From contig NW_003314315.1 of assembly GCF_000143415.4 (NCBI RefSeq), positions 1,115,514 through 1,179,513 on the forward strand: a DNA stretch of 64,000 nt, written 5' to 3'. The DNA is from Selaginella moellendorffii. Taxonomy: Eukaryota > Plantae > Lycopodiophyta. The translations under genes and the position numbers were made by a program. Position 1 is the first letter of the stretch. Each line of letters starts with the position of its first letter. The notes beneath the pieces were generated by a model. The model did no database searches. It saw nothing but the letters and a program-made list of their open reading frames with translations, and had not been told where the DNA came from. Positions 1 to 11,130 of the stretch are shown here, one piece after another.

Positions 1-2
1 AG

Positions 3-360
3 CTTGATCTATTGGAGGATAAGGAAATTTTGTGGAGCAAGTAGGAAAAGTTTCCGGATGGTTTGTTTTCCAGTCAGCGTCAACTGAATGCTGGATCATT
101 CTGGATTTTGAGTTTAAACTTAAAACTTAGATCAGGGAGTTGTTCCAGGATCCGGCAGCGAAGATGTAGCAGTTGTATTGGATAATTTGATCTATTGGAG
201 GGTAAGAAAGTTTTTGAGCAAGTAGGAAAAGTTTCTGGATGTTTGTTTTATCAACTCAATGCTGGATCATCCTGGATTTTAAGCTTTCCAACTGGAGAAG
301 TTAAGACTTTGGACGATATGTCTGAGTTCCAGGACCATGATCCGGGAGCGAAGATAGTAG
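3..360. repeat. Degenerate tandem duplication, ~185-bp unit, 2 copies
   Basis: TTGATCTATTGGAGG..GAGCAAGTAGGAAAAGTTTC.GGATG..GCTGGATCAT.CTGGATTTT occurs at ~4 and ~188; the GATCCGG.AGCGAAGAT tail also repeats. No function evident. Confidence 0.6.
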
Positions 361-1713
361 TATTGCGCAGTTCAATCTTAAGTTTGTGCGTCGAGGTACG
401 TCCCTTCGCAGGAACTTGGTGAAGAAAACAGTGTTTTTTTCAGCTTCGTTCAATGGGGAGCTCTTCGCGGCACATATTTTTTCCCTTTGCCTGGATGAAC
501 ACTACAGGCAAGGTACTCTTGAGATGCTCACAGCATCCTGACGATTGGTTCCTTTCATCTTTTTTGTCGCTGAATCAGAAGATAGGGACATTTGAAAACG
601 CAACGCAAGCACCGTAACGTAACTATGCTCTTTCCGAGCAAAGTTTGTTCGTGCTTCCAAGGCCTGCGCAATGGCATCTTCCGCTGCCAAGGCTACAAAA
701 GCTTTTCCCGGTGCCAGCGGAATTGAACGAGTCTGAATATGCTAGAGGTACGTTACTTTTTTACATCTCTTCACAATAGACTCGGTCAGTTCTTCATTTT
801 TGTTTCTTTCGTTTCTCTTTTGAAACATCTTCTCCGCTCGGAGGTACCACCTGTAGGCAATGATGGTGTTGATATGAACCCCGAATGCGTGAATGCTAAA
901 GTTCTAGTGATGTGTCTATCTTAGCTGGCTGCAGGGCTGAATTCATGAGCGTTCGGTATCTGTGACACCCCCAAGTACGCAGTATGTATCCGCTGATAGT
1001 TAACTACCTGATAAAACTGTTTTGTGTTTTGTGCAGAGAGCTCGCGAAGGTTTGTCAACGAGAGAAATATCCCTGTTGCCTGAATATTTTTTGAATTTCT
1101 CTGGGGGAGCTAGCTTGTTTGGTCGGCTGTGCAGCTCGTCGTAAGCATTGCGATTGTAGAACACTGGAGGCTTGTATCGATGCCTTTAACTTGTGACGGT
1201 ACCGTTCTTTCGATATTGTTTAAGTTGATATCCTTACGGGTCTTTGAATTTGTTCTTGGCGAGAGCTCAAACGACGTCTTCATTTCGACAACCACGCAAG
1301 TACAGTATCTACAGCGGGTGTCCGAAAACAACGGAGCAATGAGCAACAAAGACAGATGAGTCTACTTGCAGTGTCTTCCTAAATTCTTTCCTTCCCAGGT
1401 GAGGCTAGGCAGCAACAAGGCGTGAAGGGGAAATGGTCCTCCTAAGACAGCTGAGTTTGTATTTAACTCTTTGGCGGGACTGCGGACTGGAGGGATTTAC
1501 AAGCAGGACTATAGCGTGCATTGTACAGCAACATGTGGAGGATGACGAGACGACTGAGAGCGTTGATACAACTTTAGGAGACGGAGGATTTGGAACTTTG
1601 GCGTTGTAGAAGGTACGAACCATTTCTCTTTATTTTTTTCTATCTCTCTTCTGTGAAACTTTTTTCTTTCTTTCTTCTTTCTTTTGTTTGTAGGCTGTTC
1701 GCGAATGATGCTG

Positions 1714-2061
1714 TCAAGTGCATGGTGTGCCCAAGTTTACGCGAATTGAGCAAGAGGGAGTGATACGGAAGGTGACATCGAGCTCGACGGGTGTCGTGCC
1801 ATTCAAGGGGGAAAGCGAGCACAAGCAAGTTGCAAGAATGTCGCTCACATCGTGACAGCAGTCGCCAGGCTGAGCTCCTGGCAAGAGGCAAGCGAGAGCC
1901 GATAGCAAATTGCAATTGCGTCCTGGTGCTGGTGGTGGTGGTAGTGCTGCTGGAGGCGGAAGAAACTGAGCTCGACAAACAGCCATCAGAGTGACTGTCA
2001 GCAAAGCAAGCACGCAACTCCTCTTGCCACCAAACAAACGATATTCCGTTGAATCCATCAT
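1714..2061 (-). CDS. Lipid transfer protein-like / hybrid proline-rich 8-cysteine-motif protein
   Basis: Hydrophobic signal (VLALLTVTLMAVCRA), Pro-rich linker, then C-x7-C-x9-CC-x9-CxC-x22-C-x9-C. ATG at 2061 or 2058. Confidence 0.8.
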   Translation of the reverse strand: MMDSTEYRLFGGKRSCVLALLTVTLMAVCRAQFLPPPAALPPPPAPGRNCNLLSALACLLPGAQPGDCCHDVSDILATCLCSLSPLNGTTPVELDVTFRITPSCSIRVNLGTPCT

Positions 2062-3684
2062 CTTTCGCTCGTAAGTTGCTTTACGAAACTCTTTCCTTGG
2101 CTCTAAGAATGTCTGTGAATTCCTTTTGTTGCAGGGGAACGATAACATGGTTGTAATTCAGCACGAGCAGGCTCTCCAGCAGAGAGAAAGAAGAAAAAGA
2201 AAATGGAAATGCTGTTTCTTAAGGAAGGGTGTGAAGAAACTTGCAACAAAGCATTGATGAGAACGCCTGGAGAGATTCTCTTTACGGCCAAGCCAAGCGC
2301 CTCTGTGCTGTTTGCGACGTCGCCTATTTGTTTTTGCCTTTCCCTCTGCCCCCAGGTTCGTAGAGATCTCTTCGATTTGTTTTGATTTCTTCCTGACCTG
2401 GAAAATTATAGTGTGATGGATGAGAGAGACCAGACCAGCTTTAAAACTATTTGGAAACAGCCAGCCAGGACCCAGGACGGACTTCTCGCTCAGGAGGTGA
2501 AAGAGAGGAGCGATTCAAGCTCCATTTAAAAGGCCTCCTTTTGTGTGAGTGAGTGTTTTTCCTTTGTTTTTTTATTTCTAACATGCGAGGCCCACCTTGC
2601 TTGTATTCAATGCATGCAGTTGCGTGGAGAAAGCTAGAAATTTTTTTACATTTTTTTCTGGGGGTTTAGGTGTTGTTTTTGGATAGTTTATGCAAAGATG
2701 GGCGTCAAGTTAAACAAGTCGCTCACTCCATGTGGTGTGTTTGAGAGGAAAATCACTTTGGCCACCTTTACCTTAGCTGGGGCTCTCACATTCACCACCA
2801 CCTTTGACTTTGCCCGAGAAATAATCTAGACAAAGGAATTCCAGTTCGATTCCAAACAGTAGCAAAACACCAACAAGGCGGTGCTTGTCTATGATTGCAA
2901 TGCCTCCAAAATAATCATCAACAATCAGTCCTTTTCTATCGACACAAGGAGGAAAGGATTGTCTTCCAAGTCTCCTTAGATTACATTTAATCCAACATTG
3001 TTTTTCACTTTTAACCACTTGAGGACAATTGCGCTTATAGTAAGTCAAGCTAAAAAGAATGGTGGTAAAATACAAAACCAAATTGAATGCCAGGCTGGGG
3101 TAAACCACGTGTGAAAAGTAAATAGGGCCTAGACCGTAATCAATGGCATGTAGAGGTTGAGCCTAGACCTGAGAAATACGAGAATACGTAAAAAAGCGAA
3201 TAAACACAAAAAATACGGGAGAGTGGAAGAAGTAAATGTGAAAAAAAAAAGAAAGAGTTACGTTAATTTGGATGAATAGACCAGCCTAGCTATCACCACA
3301 GTAAAACTGCTTGGACTAAGTCATGCCACAGGTGTACGGCCACGGGCCGGCGGTCAGGGATAACGGAGGAACATTCGCGGCCGTTGGATGCCGCGGGTGG
3401 ACGGCGGAGATCCGGGTCCCGCGTGACGGAATGTTCTGTCACGTGACAGGAGCGGCGCCGCCGCGGCGCCGCCAGGATGGGCGCGGTGTCAGCGGGATGT
3501 GACACCGCCGTCACTGCTCTGCCGAGGAGACGAGATTTTGATAATCGAGGGAGAGGAAAAGAAAGAAACCATCGATTCGATCTGGAAAAGAAATGCTTTT
3601 GTTGATTCGTTAAGCAAAGCGATCGGAAATCTCCTCCAAAACAATTGGGTTTTGGGATATGGCGGAGGAGATCAAAGGACAAAG

Positions 3685-3823
3685 AGGAGAGAGAGAGAGA
3701 GAGAGAGGGAGGGACTACTAGTCTTTGGCAAGAACGGGCAGTCTAGCAGCGCAGAGGTCGGCCAGAGCGCACAGCGCGAGCAGAGCGACGAGACAGTGAG
3801 TGGCACACAGATTTTTGGAGCAC

Positions 3824-3862
<39 letters not shown>

Positions 3863-3868
3863 GTGAGA
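3685..3868 (+). promoter_or_regulatory. (GA)n tracts (GAGA elements) upstream of the ERECTA-like gene
   Basis: GA runs at ~3687-3706 and ~3829-3858, next to a CpG-rich block at 3330-3520. GA repeats are known BPC/BBR sites; function here is inferred. Confidence 0.45.
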
Positions 3869-4495
3869 AAGCTTGAGAGGAAGAAGAAGAGATTTTCTCC
3901 TTCTGGATCATCCATCACGAAAAAGAGTGTGATGGTGGTGGTGGTGGCGATTCCTTGATTTCGCTCCAGTGGGCATTCATGGCATAGCTAGCTCGTCGCC
4001 ATCCAGCATTGGCGGAGATTGGATTTTTGGATCGGGGCTGGCGGGGCGGAGAGAGCGCCGCGCGGTGGCGGTGGGATTGGAATTCTGTGCCCGTTCCGTT
4101 CTACGATCTCTGTCTTCCACCTCCGCCTTGAAACCAAGAGCTCTCTCTAGCCGAGAAAGGAATGTGGGTCTCTTGCTCTTCTTCTTCCTCTCACGTTTGC
4201 GCTTGAGAGCTTTGGCTGCACGATAGGATGGCAGCGGCGGCAGCGGCAGCACTGGAGAGCGCCAGTCCAGCGCCAGTTGATAGATGGATAGATGATAGAT
4301 CATGAGCTAGCATAGATTCACGCAACATCCGCACGCCATCGCCGAGAGTTCTTCCTTTCTTGCTCCTTTCCTGGAATGTGGGATCTGGGAAGAGCGAGAA
4401 GAGCTCGTATAGAGTAGATTGCAAGAACAGGACGGCGATATGGCGAGCAGTACCAGCAGCGATTGAAAGCTCTCGCAGTGGGCTTGCGATAAAAG

Positions 4496-7400
4496 ATGAG
4501 ATCGATGCACCACTTTGTGTTATCTTTGCTCTTCCTCTTGGCTGCTCTTCTTGGCAGCGCTTCCGGCCTCTCAGACGATGGTCAGTATCGATCGATCGAT
4601 CTCCTTTCTTCTTCTGTCTTTCTTCGCTAGTCTATGAACTAAAGTTCTTTTTCTTTTCATGGGTTTTCTTCGCCATGGATCGATCTTCTCACTCACAGGG
4701 GTGGTGCTGCTCGAGATCAAGAAATCGCTCAACAATGCCGACAACGTTCTCTACGATTGGGAAGGAGCAATTGATCGCGACCCGTGTTTCTGGAGGGGTG
4801 TCAGCTGCGATAATGTCACGCTTGCAGTGATTGGCTTGTAAGTTCACGGGAGGATCATAACGCACGCATTATCATCATCATCGTCTTCGCAAGGCTCCAT
4901 CTCCTCTTCTCTTTTCTCCTCTCCTCTTTTTCCTCTCTTTTCCATCTTGTCTCATGCTGGATCTTCCATCTTTAACTTACACAAGTTGCGATTTGTTTTT
5001 GCGGCCAGGAATCTGACTCAATTGGGACTTTCCGGAGAGATCTCGCCAGCTTTTGGAAGGCTCAAAAGTCTCCAGTATTTGTAAGTGGTGTTTGCGTTGC
5101 CGAGAGAGACCGAGAGAGAGAGAGAGAGAGAGAAAGAGAGCGCGCGAGAGAGAGAGAGTGTGTGTGTGTTCTTCCTTTAATTTTTTTTTTCCCTCCGTAT
5201 CGTTGTGGGGACCAAGAAGACAAAGTTTATAACTCTTGCGTGTTTTGTGTGTAGGGACTTGCGAGAGAACAGCTTGTCTGGACAGATTCCAGATGAGATT
5301 GGGCAGTGCGTCAACTTGAAAACCATGTAAGTTCCTTACCTTTTTTCGCGTTTCTCTTGTAGTACTTCAATGTTTGGAACTATTCCAGAGATCTTTCGTT
5401 CAATGCATTCCACGGAGATATTCCATTCTCGATCTCGCAACTCAAGCAGCTCGAGAATCTGTACGTTATACCCGCGCTTCGTTCGAAGAGCTAATGAATC
5501 TCTCGCTACTTCAAACTGTGCAGTATACTGAAGAACAATCAACTTACGGGGCCGATCCCTTCGACGCTGTCGCAGCTCCCGAACCTTAAGACTCTGTTCG
5601 TTCGAATACTCTCTCTCTCTCTCTTCTCGTTTGCTTTTCTGATCGTCAAATCTTTACCAGGGACTTGGCACAGAACAAGCTGACAGGAGAAATACCAACT
5701 TTGCTCTACTGGAGTGAAGTTTTGCAGTACTTGTGAGTTGCTTCGAGTGATCTTGCTTCGTATGAAACTAAGACACGAGCTTTTGGCAGAGGTTTGAGGG
5801 ATAATCTCTTGACTGGGAACTTGTCCCCCGATATGTGCCGGCTTACGGGGCTGTGGTATTTGTAAGTTTCCTGGAACACCTTTTCTATCTCACAAACTCG
5901 TTATATCACCGTTTCTTCTCCTTGATTGCTTACAGTGATATTCGGAGCAACAACATCACAGGTCCCATTCCAGAAAATATTGGAAACTGCACAAGCTACG
6001 AGATCCTGTGAGTATTTCTTTGTCGTGTGTTCACTTTCTTATTGATTTCTTTCCGTACTTAATTGCCGCAGAGACCTCTCGTATAACCAGCTGACTGGCG
6101 AGATTCCTTTCAACATCGGCTTTCTGCAAGTGGCAACCTTGTAAGCTAGCCTACTTGATCTCTTAGAATATCCATGCCGTTGTTTTACTTTGTGAAAGGT
6201 CTCTGCAAGGAAACAAGCTTGTTGGCAAAATTCCAGACGTGATCGGTCTTATGCAGGCTCTGGCAGTTTTGTAAGTGATTTTATCTGCGATGTGTTTTTG
6301 TTCTCACTCGCTTTTGACAGGGATTTAAGTAACAACTTCCTTGAAGGATCGATTCCTTCAATACTTGGCAATCTTACTTTCACCGGCAAGCTGTAAGCCA
6401 TGGCGTAGAATCTCGTTTCCATGAGAGATTGATTTCTTGTTGCTGTAGATATCTCCATGGAAACATGCTTACTGGAGTCATTCCTCCGGAGCTTGGAAAT
6501 ATGACGAAGCTCAGCTACTTGTGAGTATTTTTTTGTTGTTTTCTAAGTTTTTTTCTCCTGAAAGAAGACTTAACTAGCCATTACTTCTTTCAGGCAACTC
6601 AACGATAACAATCTAACAGGACAGATTCCTCCCGAGCTGGGAAGCTTAAGCGAGTTGTTTGAGCTGTGAGCTTGCAGTGATGTAAAATATATCGAAATCT
6701 AGCTAATTTGGTTTCTCGACATTGCAGGGATCTTTCCAACAACAAGTTCTCTGGACCATTTCCAAAAAATGTGAGCTACTGCTCGTCCTTAAACTACATG
6801 TAAGTTTCCTTGAATCGTTTCCGTTGTCACTATTGATACTTTTGCGCACAGTAACGTTCACGGAAACATGCTAAACGGCACCGTGCCTCCAGAGCTTCAG
6901 GATCTGGGAAGCTTGACTTATTTGTAAGTTTCCGTAACTTTTTTTTTTTTCGATCGATCGTTTCTCACGCGAAACGTATAGAAACTTGTCATCTAATTCG
7001 TTTTCGGGAAGGATTCCTGAAGAACTAGGACACATTGTCAACTTAGATACAATGTAAGACCAGAAGTTTTTCCGGTACAACTTGACAATCTCTTGATTTG
7101 TACCAGGGATCTCTCAGAAAACATTTTAACCGGACACATTCCCAGATCAATAGGCAACCTTGAACATCTCCTCACGCTGTAAGTATGCTAGCTTCACGAA
7201 CTGAGGTGAACTGACAATAATTCTTGTGTGTGTTTTTCTCAGTGTTCTAAAACACAACAAACTCACTGGAGGAATTCCGTCTGAATTTGGTAGCTTGAAA
7301 AGCATCTATGCAATGTATTGTCTCTTGCAATTCACGACGCTCTTTGCCAGCTTTGATTCACGGGAACTTACTTGCAGGGATTTGTCGGAGAACAATCTGT

Positions 7401-9307
7401 CGGGGAGCATACCGCCAGAGTTAGGACAGCTACAAACACTGAATGCACTGTAAGAGCTTTTCATCCTTTTGCTTCTTTACGTACTGTTCTTGTTTCAGAC
7501 TTCTGGAAAAGAATTCCCTGTCAGGATCGATACCACCGCAGCTTGGAAACTGTTTCAGCCTCAGCACCTTGTAAGCTTTTCTTTCGTTTCTTTGTGAGAT
7601 ACTCACACTATCTTGTCAGGAACTTGTCATACAACAATCTCTCAGGAGAGATACCAGCGAGTAGCATCTTCAATAGATTTTCATTCGACAGGCATGTTGT
7701 GTTTGATAGTTTTAGCTTCCTTCTAACTTTCAGACTTGCAGCTATGTAGGAAATCTACAGCTCTGTGGTGGATCCACGAAACCAATGTGCAACGTCTACA
7801 GGAAGAGGTCATCTGGTATATAAAATCTCTGTTTTTTTTTCACCTCGCCTTCTACTCATCCATATTTTTTTCTTCATCTTCGAGTAGAAACGATGGGAGC
7901 ATCAGCGATTCTTGGCATTTCGATCGGCTCAATGTGTCTGCTACTGGTCTTCATCTTCCTGGGCATTCGCTGGAACCAGCCCAAAGGATTCGTCAAAGCC
8001 TCGAAGAACTCATCCCAGAGTAAGCAAAGCATCGCGAAGAAAAAAAGCAAGAAAAAAACTGACACGCTACTTGAAAACCAGGCCCTCCCAGCCTCGTCGT
8101 TCTACACATGGACATGTCTTGCCACACTTACGACGATATCATGCGCATCACAGACAACCTCCACGAGAGATTTCTCGTCGGCCGCGGTGCCTCCAGCTCC
8201 GTCTACAAATGCACGCTCAAGAACGGCAAGAAAGTTGCGATCAAGCGGCTCTACAATCACTATCCACAGAACGTCCACGAGTTTGAGACGGAGCTCGCGA
8301 CTCTAGGCCACATCAAGCACCGAAACTTGGTAAGCTTGTATGGATACTCGCTATCCTCGGCCGGGAACCTCCTCTTCTACGACTTCATGGACAATGGAAG
8401 CCTCTGGGACATCCTCCACGGTATGACTTCTCATCTTCCTTTGCAAAGCTCTAACGTTTTCATGATCTTTTGGAAACTTTCCAGGACCAGTGAGAAAGGT
8501 GACGCTCGACTGGGACGCGCGGTTGATCATCGCGCTGGGCGCTGCGCAGGGGCTGGAGTACCTGCACCACAACTGCAGCCCCCGGATCATCCACCGGGAC
8601 GTGAAGTCCTCCAACATTCTCCTGGACGAGAGGTTCGAGGTCCATCTCTCCGACTTTGGCATCGCCAAGAGCATTTGCTCCGCGAGCACGCACACGTCCA
8701 CGTACGTGATGGGGACGATCGGCTACATTGATCCGGAGTACGCCAGGACGTCGCGGCTCAACGAGAAATCCGACGTCTACAGCTTCGGGATCGTGCTCCT
8801 GGAGCTCATCACGCGGCAAAAGGCCGTGGACGACGAGAAGAACTTACACCAATGGGTAAAGCTTCATGGATGATCGATGGATCTCCTCTCACAAAGCTTG
8901 GGTGATCGATCTCGCAGGTGTTGTCTCACGTGAACAACAAGAGCGTGATGGAGATCGTGGATCAAGAGGTGAAAGATACGTGCACGGACCCAAACGCGAT
9001 CCAGAAGCTCATCCGCTTGGCGCTGCTGTGCGCACAGAAGTTCCCGGCGCAAAGACCCACCATGCACGACGTTGTCAATGTGATCTTGACGCTGCTGCCT
9101 CCGCCCAGCGTCAAGAAATCCTCGGCCGGGGCTGCCAATGCCGCTGCCAATGCCGCTGTGGATTCCGCTGCGAATGCCGGTGGAGCAAACCGGAGGTATG
9201 TGGACGACTACGTGGATAGCAAGCACAGGGACAATCTCTCGGCCAGCAGCACCACCTCGGGCGGCCACCTCTTTGTCAAGTTTGGCGAAGTTATCTCCCA
9301 AGGGTGA
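4496..9307 (+). CDS. ERECTA: ERECTA-family LRR receptor-like kinase, 27 exons
   Basis: Signal peptide MRSMHHFVLSLLF, N-cap CFWRGVSC, ~20 successive 72-bp LRR exons, TM segment ILGISIGSMCLLLVFIFLGI, kinase motifs HRDVKSSN/DFG/GTIGYIDPEY, and ERECTA-type tail LFVKFGEVISQ. I traced 26 introns. Confidence 0.95.
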
Positions 9308-9504
9308 AAAATTTTCCCACCTCTTGTATCATATAACTAAAATAGCTACTCTGTTTTTAGGGTTCATCTTTTAGGGTTCTTCACGAGAAATTCTCCCTCT
9401 TTCTTTCCATTAGATTTTAGTTCAACATTTGCAGTGATCTAGAGATCACAAAATCAAAGAGGCAAAAACTGGGGATGGAGGAAACAATAGACTGATTGCA
9501 TCGC

Positions 9505-9666
9505 TTACAGCTCCAGCTTGAGCTCCTCGTTCTCCTTGGTGAGGAAATGGATGACATAGGGCAGAACCCTAATGACGCCCACCCAGATGCCGAACTGCGT
9601 CAGATGGCTGCGGAGCTGCCGGTGCGCCTCCGCCTTGTCGGGCAGCTGAATCTGTCCCAGAAACAT
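9505..9666 (-). CDS. TOM6: Mitochondrial import receptor subunit TOM6 (53 aa)
   Basis: Manual translation MFLGQIQLPDKAEAHRQLRSHLTQFGIWVGVIRVLPYVIHFLTKENEELKLEL* fits the plant TOM6 pattern (PDKAEA..QLR.H...FG.W..IR..PY...ELK). Telobox-like AACCCTAA motifs lie upstream at ~9703-9786. Confidence 0.9.
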   Translation of the reverse strand: MFLGQIQLPDKAEAHRQLRSHLTQFGIWVGVIRVLPYVIHFLTKENEELKLEL

Positions 9667-9835
9667 CCTGCCACGAGCGCGCGCTGCTGCCGCCCAACCA
9701 AGAACCCTAACACCAAAACTCTACAGAACCCTAAAAACGCTTAAAAGACCAAGTAGGAAAAACCCTTAAAAAAGGCAAACCCTAATAAATAGGATGGAAT
9801 TGTGCTGCTATTAGAAATTGTTGTTTTCCTTGCAG

Positions 9836-11130
9836 ATGTCAAGAGGCTGACTCTTAGAGGGAAGAACCTACCCGAATTGCCAATAGGACTCAGCCCGCCT
9901 GGCCACAATTTGAGCAAGAGATGACAGCCTTTGTGGGATCCCTGGATGATACGCAGATATTCGACGAGAGTGCTACTGTTCATCCTCTTCCAGTAGTGTC
10001 TGAAAAAGTAGGAGTCAGAGGTGCCATGGATCTATCCACGTTTGGAGAGCATGGCAGCGGAGTTAGGAATTCCACTTCTCTATGTAGCTGGTGCAAGTGG
10101 TCGATCATACCCATACACGGACCATGTAATCTTGGACGCAAGACTTCCTCAACCAGCTGGGAACCGGAAGAAGCTCTCTCGTCGTGTTTTTGGGAATGGC
10201 GAGTTGAGTGGGCCATGGGAGTCGAAAAATTCGGGATGAGACTTGCGACTAGCTCTGGAGGACAATCAACAGGCCTCGAAGCTTATCAAAGACATTCAAC
10301 AACTGTTTGGTGACATGGTCATGGACGAAACACGTATCGGCTTTATCTCGAACTATTCACAGACTATTTGCTTCCAGAGGATTGATGCAACCAGCAAGAC
10401 ATTGCAGTGTTCACCTGTGATTCGTGTGGATGGTGGTGCACCACTCGGAGCCTTTCTGTTTGTTCTTGTGGCAGCTCACAAGGACAGTGCCACCACAAAG
10501 CTCCATATGCAGCGGGAATTGGTGCTGTCGGCTCCGGTTCGAGGTTCCTCGTTGAAGCTACCGAGGGGCAGCCACTATCAACGCTATGACATGTCAATGG
10601 TGGTTGAAGAAGAGAGGTTTCATGAGCTCTCTGCTCCAACCATAAATGAGCTTGGTTTGGCAGGTATGCATTCAGAGTAGAGTTGAGTGATTTAGTTTTG
10701 ATTTGTGTTCATTGTGTTGCAGGTATGGGGAAATATGGAAACGTTTTAGATCTTGTTTTGAAGACATTCGATCTACGGGAGGAAGAAGCTATTAAAGCTT
10801 TCGTGCAAGAGGAAAGGGTTTATGTAGCAATCCAGGGCATCCTCGAGATCTATCCTCCGATGTTTTTTGGTGTTGGCCGTCTTCCTCACTGTAACGTTGT
10901 CTACTTGGCTCTGTCGGACGAGGGCTAGGTGATGTGGTCACAACAGGTTCTATATCTTTGGAAGTAAGACACGGGCTACTTGAGATTCATTCCAAAGGAG
11001 TTCTACATGGGGATCTAAAATGTTCCTATGTTTTAATTCGGATGGCAAGCCAAAGTTTCTGGACTTCGATCGTGCAATCTTCAATCCTTCACATGAAATG
11101 ATAGAAAAGCACACAGTTGGAGGTTAGTTA
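9836..11130 (+). pseudogene. Crinkler/fungal-type REase-fold plus protein kinase pseudogene
   Basis: GPWESK...IQQLFGDMVMDETRIGFISNYSQTICFQR, intron ~10663-10722, then GMGKYGNV, VLKTFD, EERVY, IHSKGVLHGDL, KFLDFD. Stops at ~10237 and 10926 plus frameshifts. Confidence 0.6.

Noticed and set aside
430-1623. Possible spliced gene from short ORFs and splice-like sites
   Set aside because: I could not assemble a consistent frame or recognise a domain.
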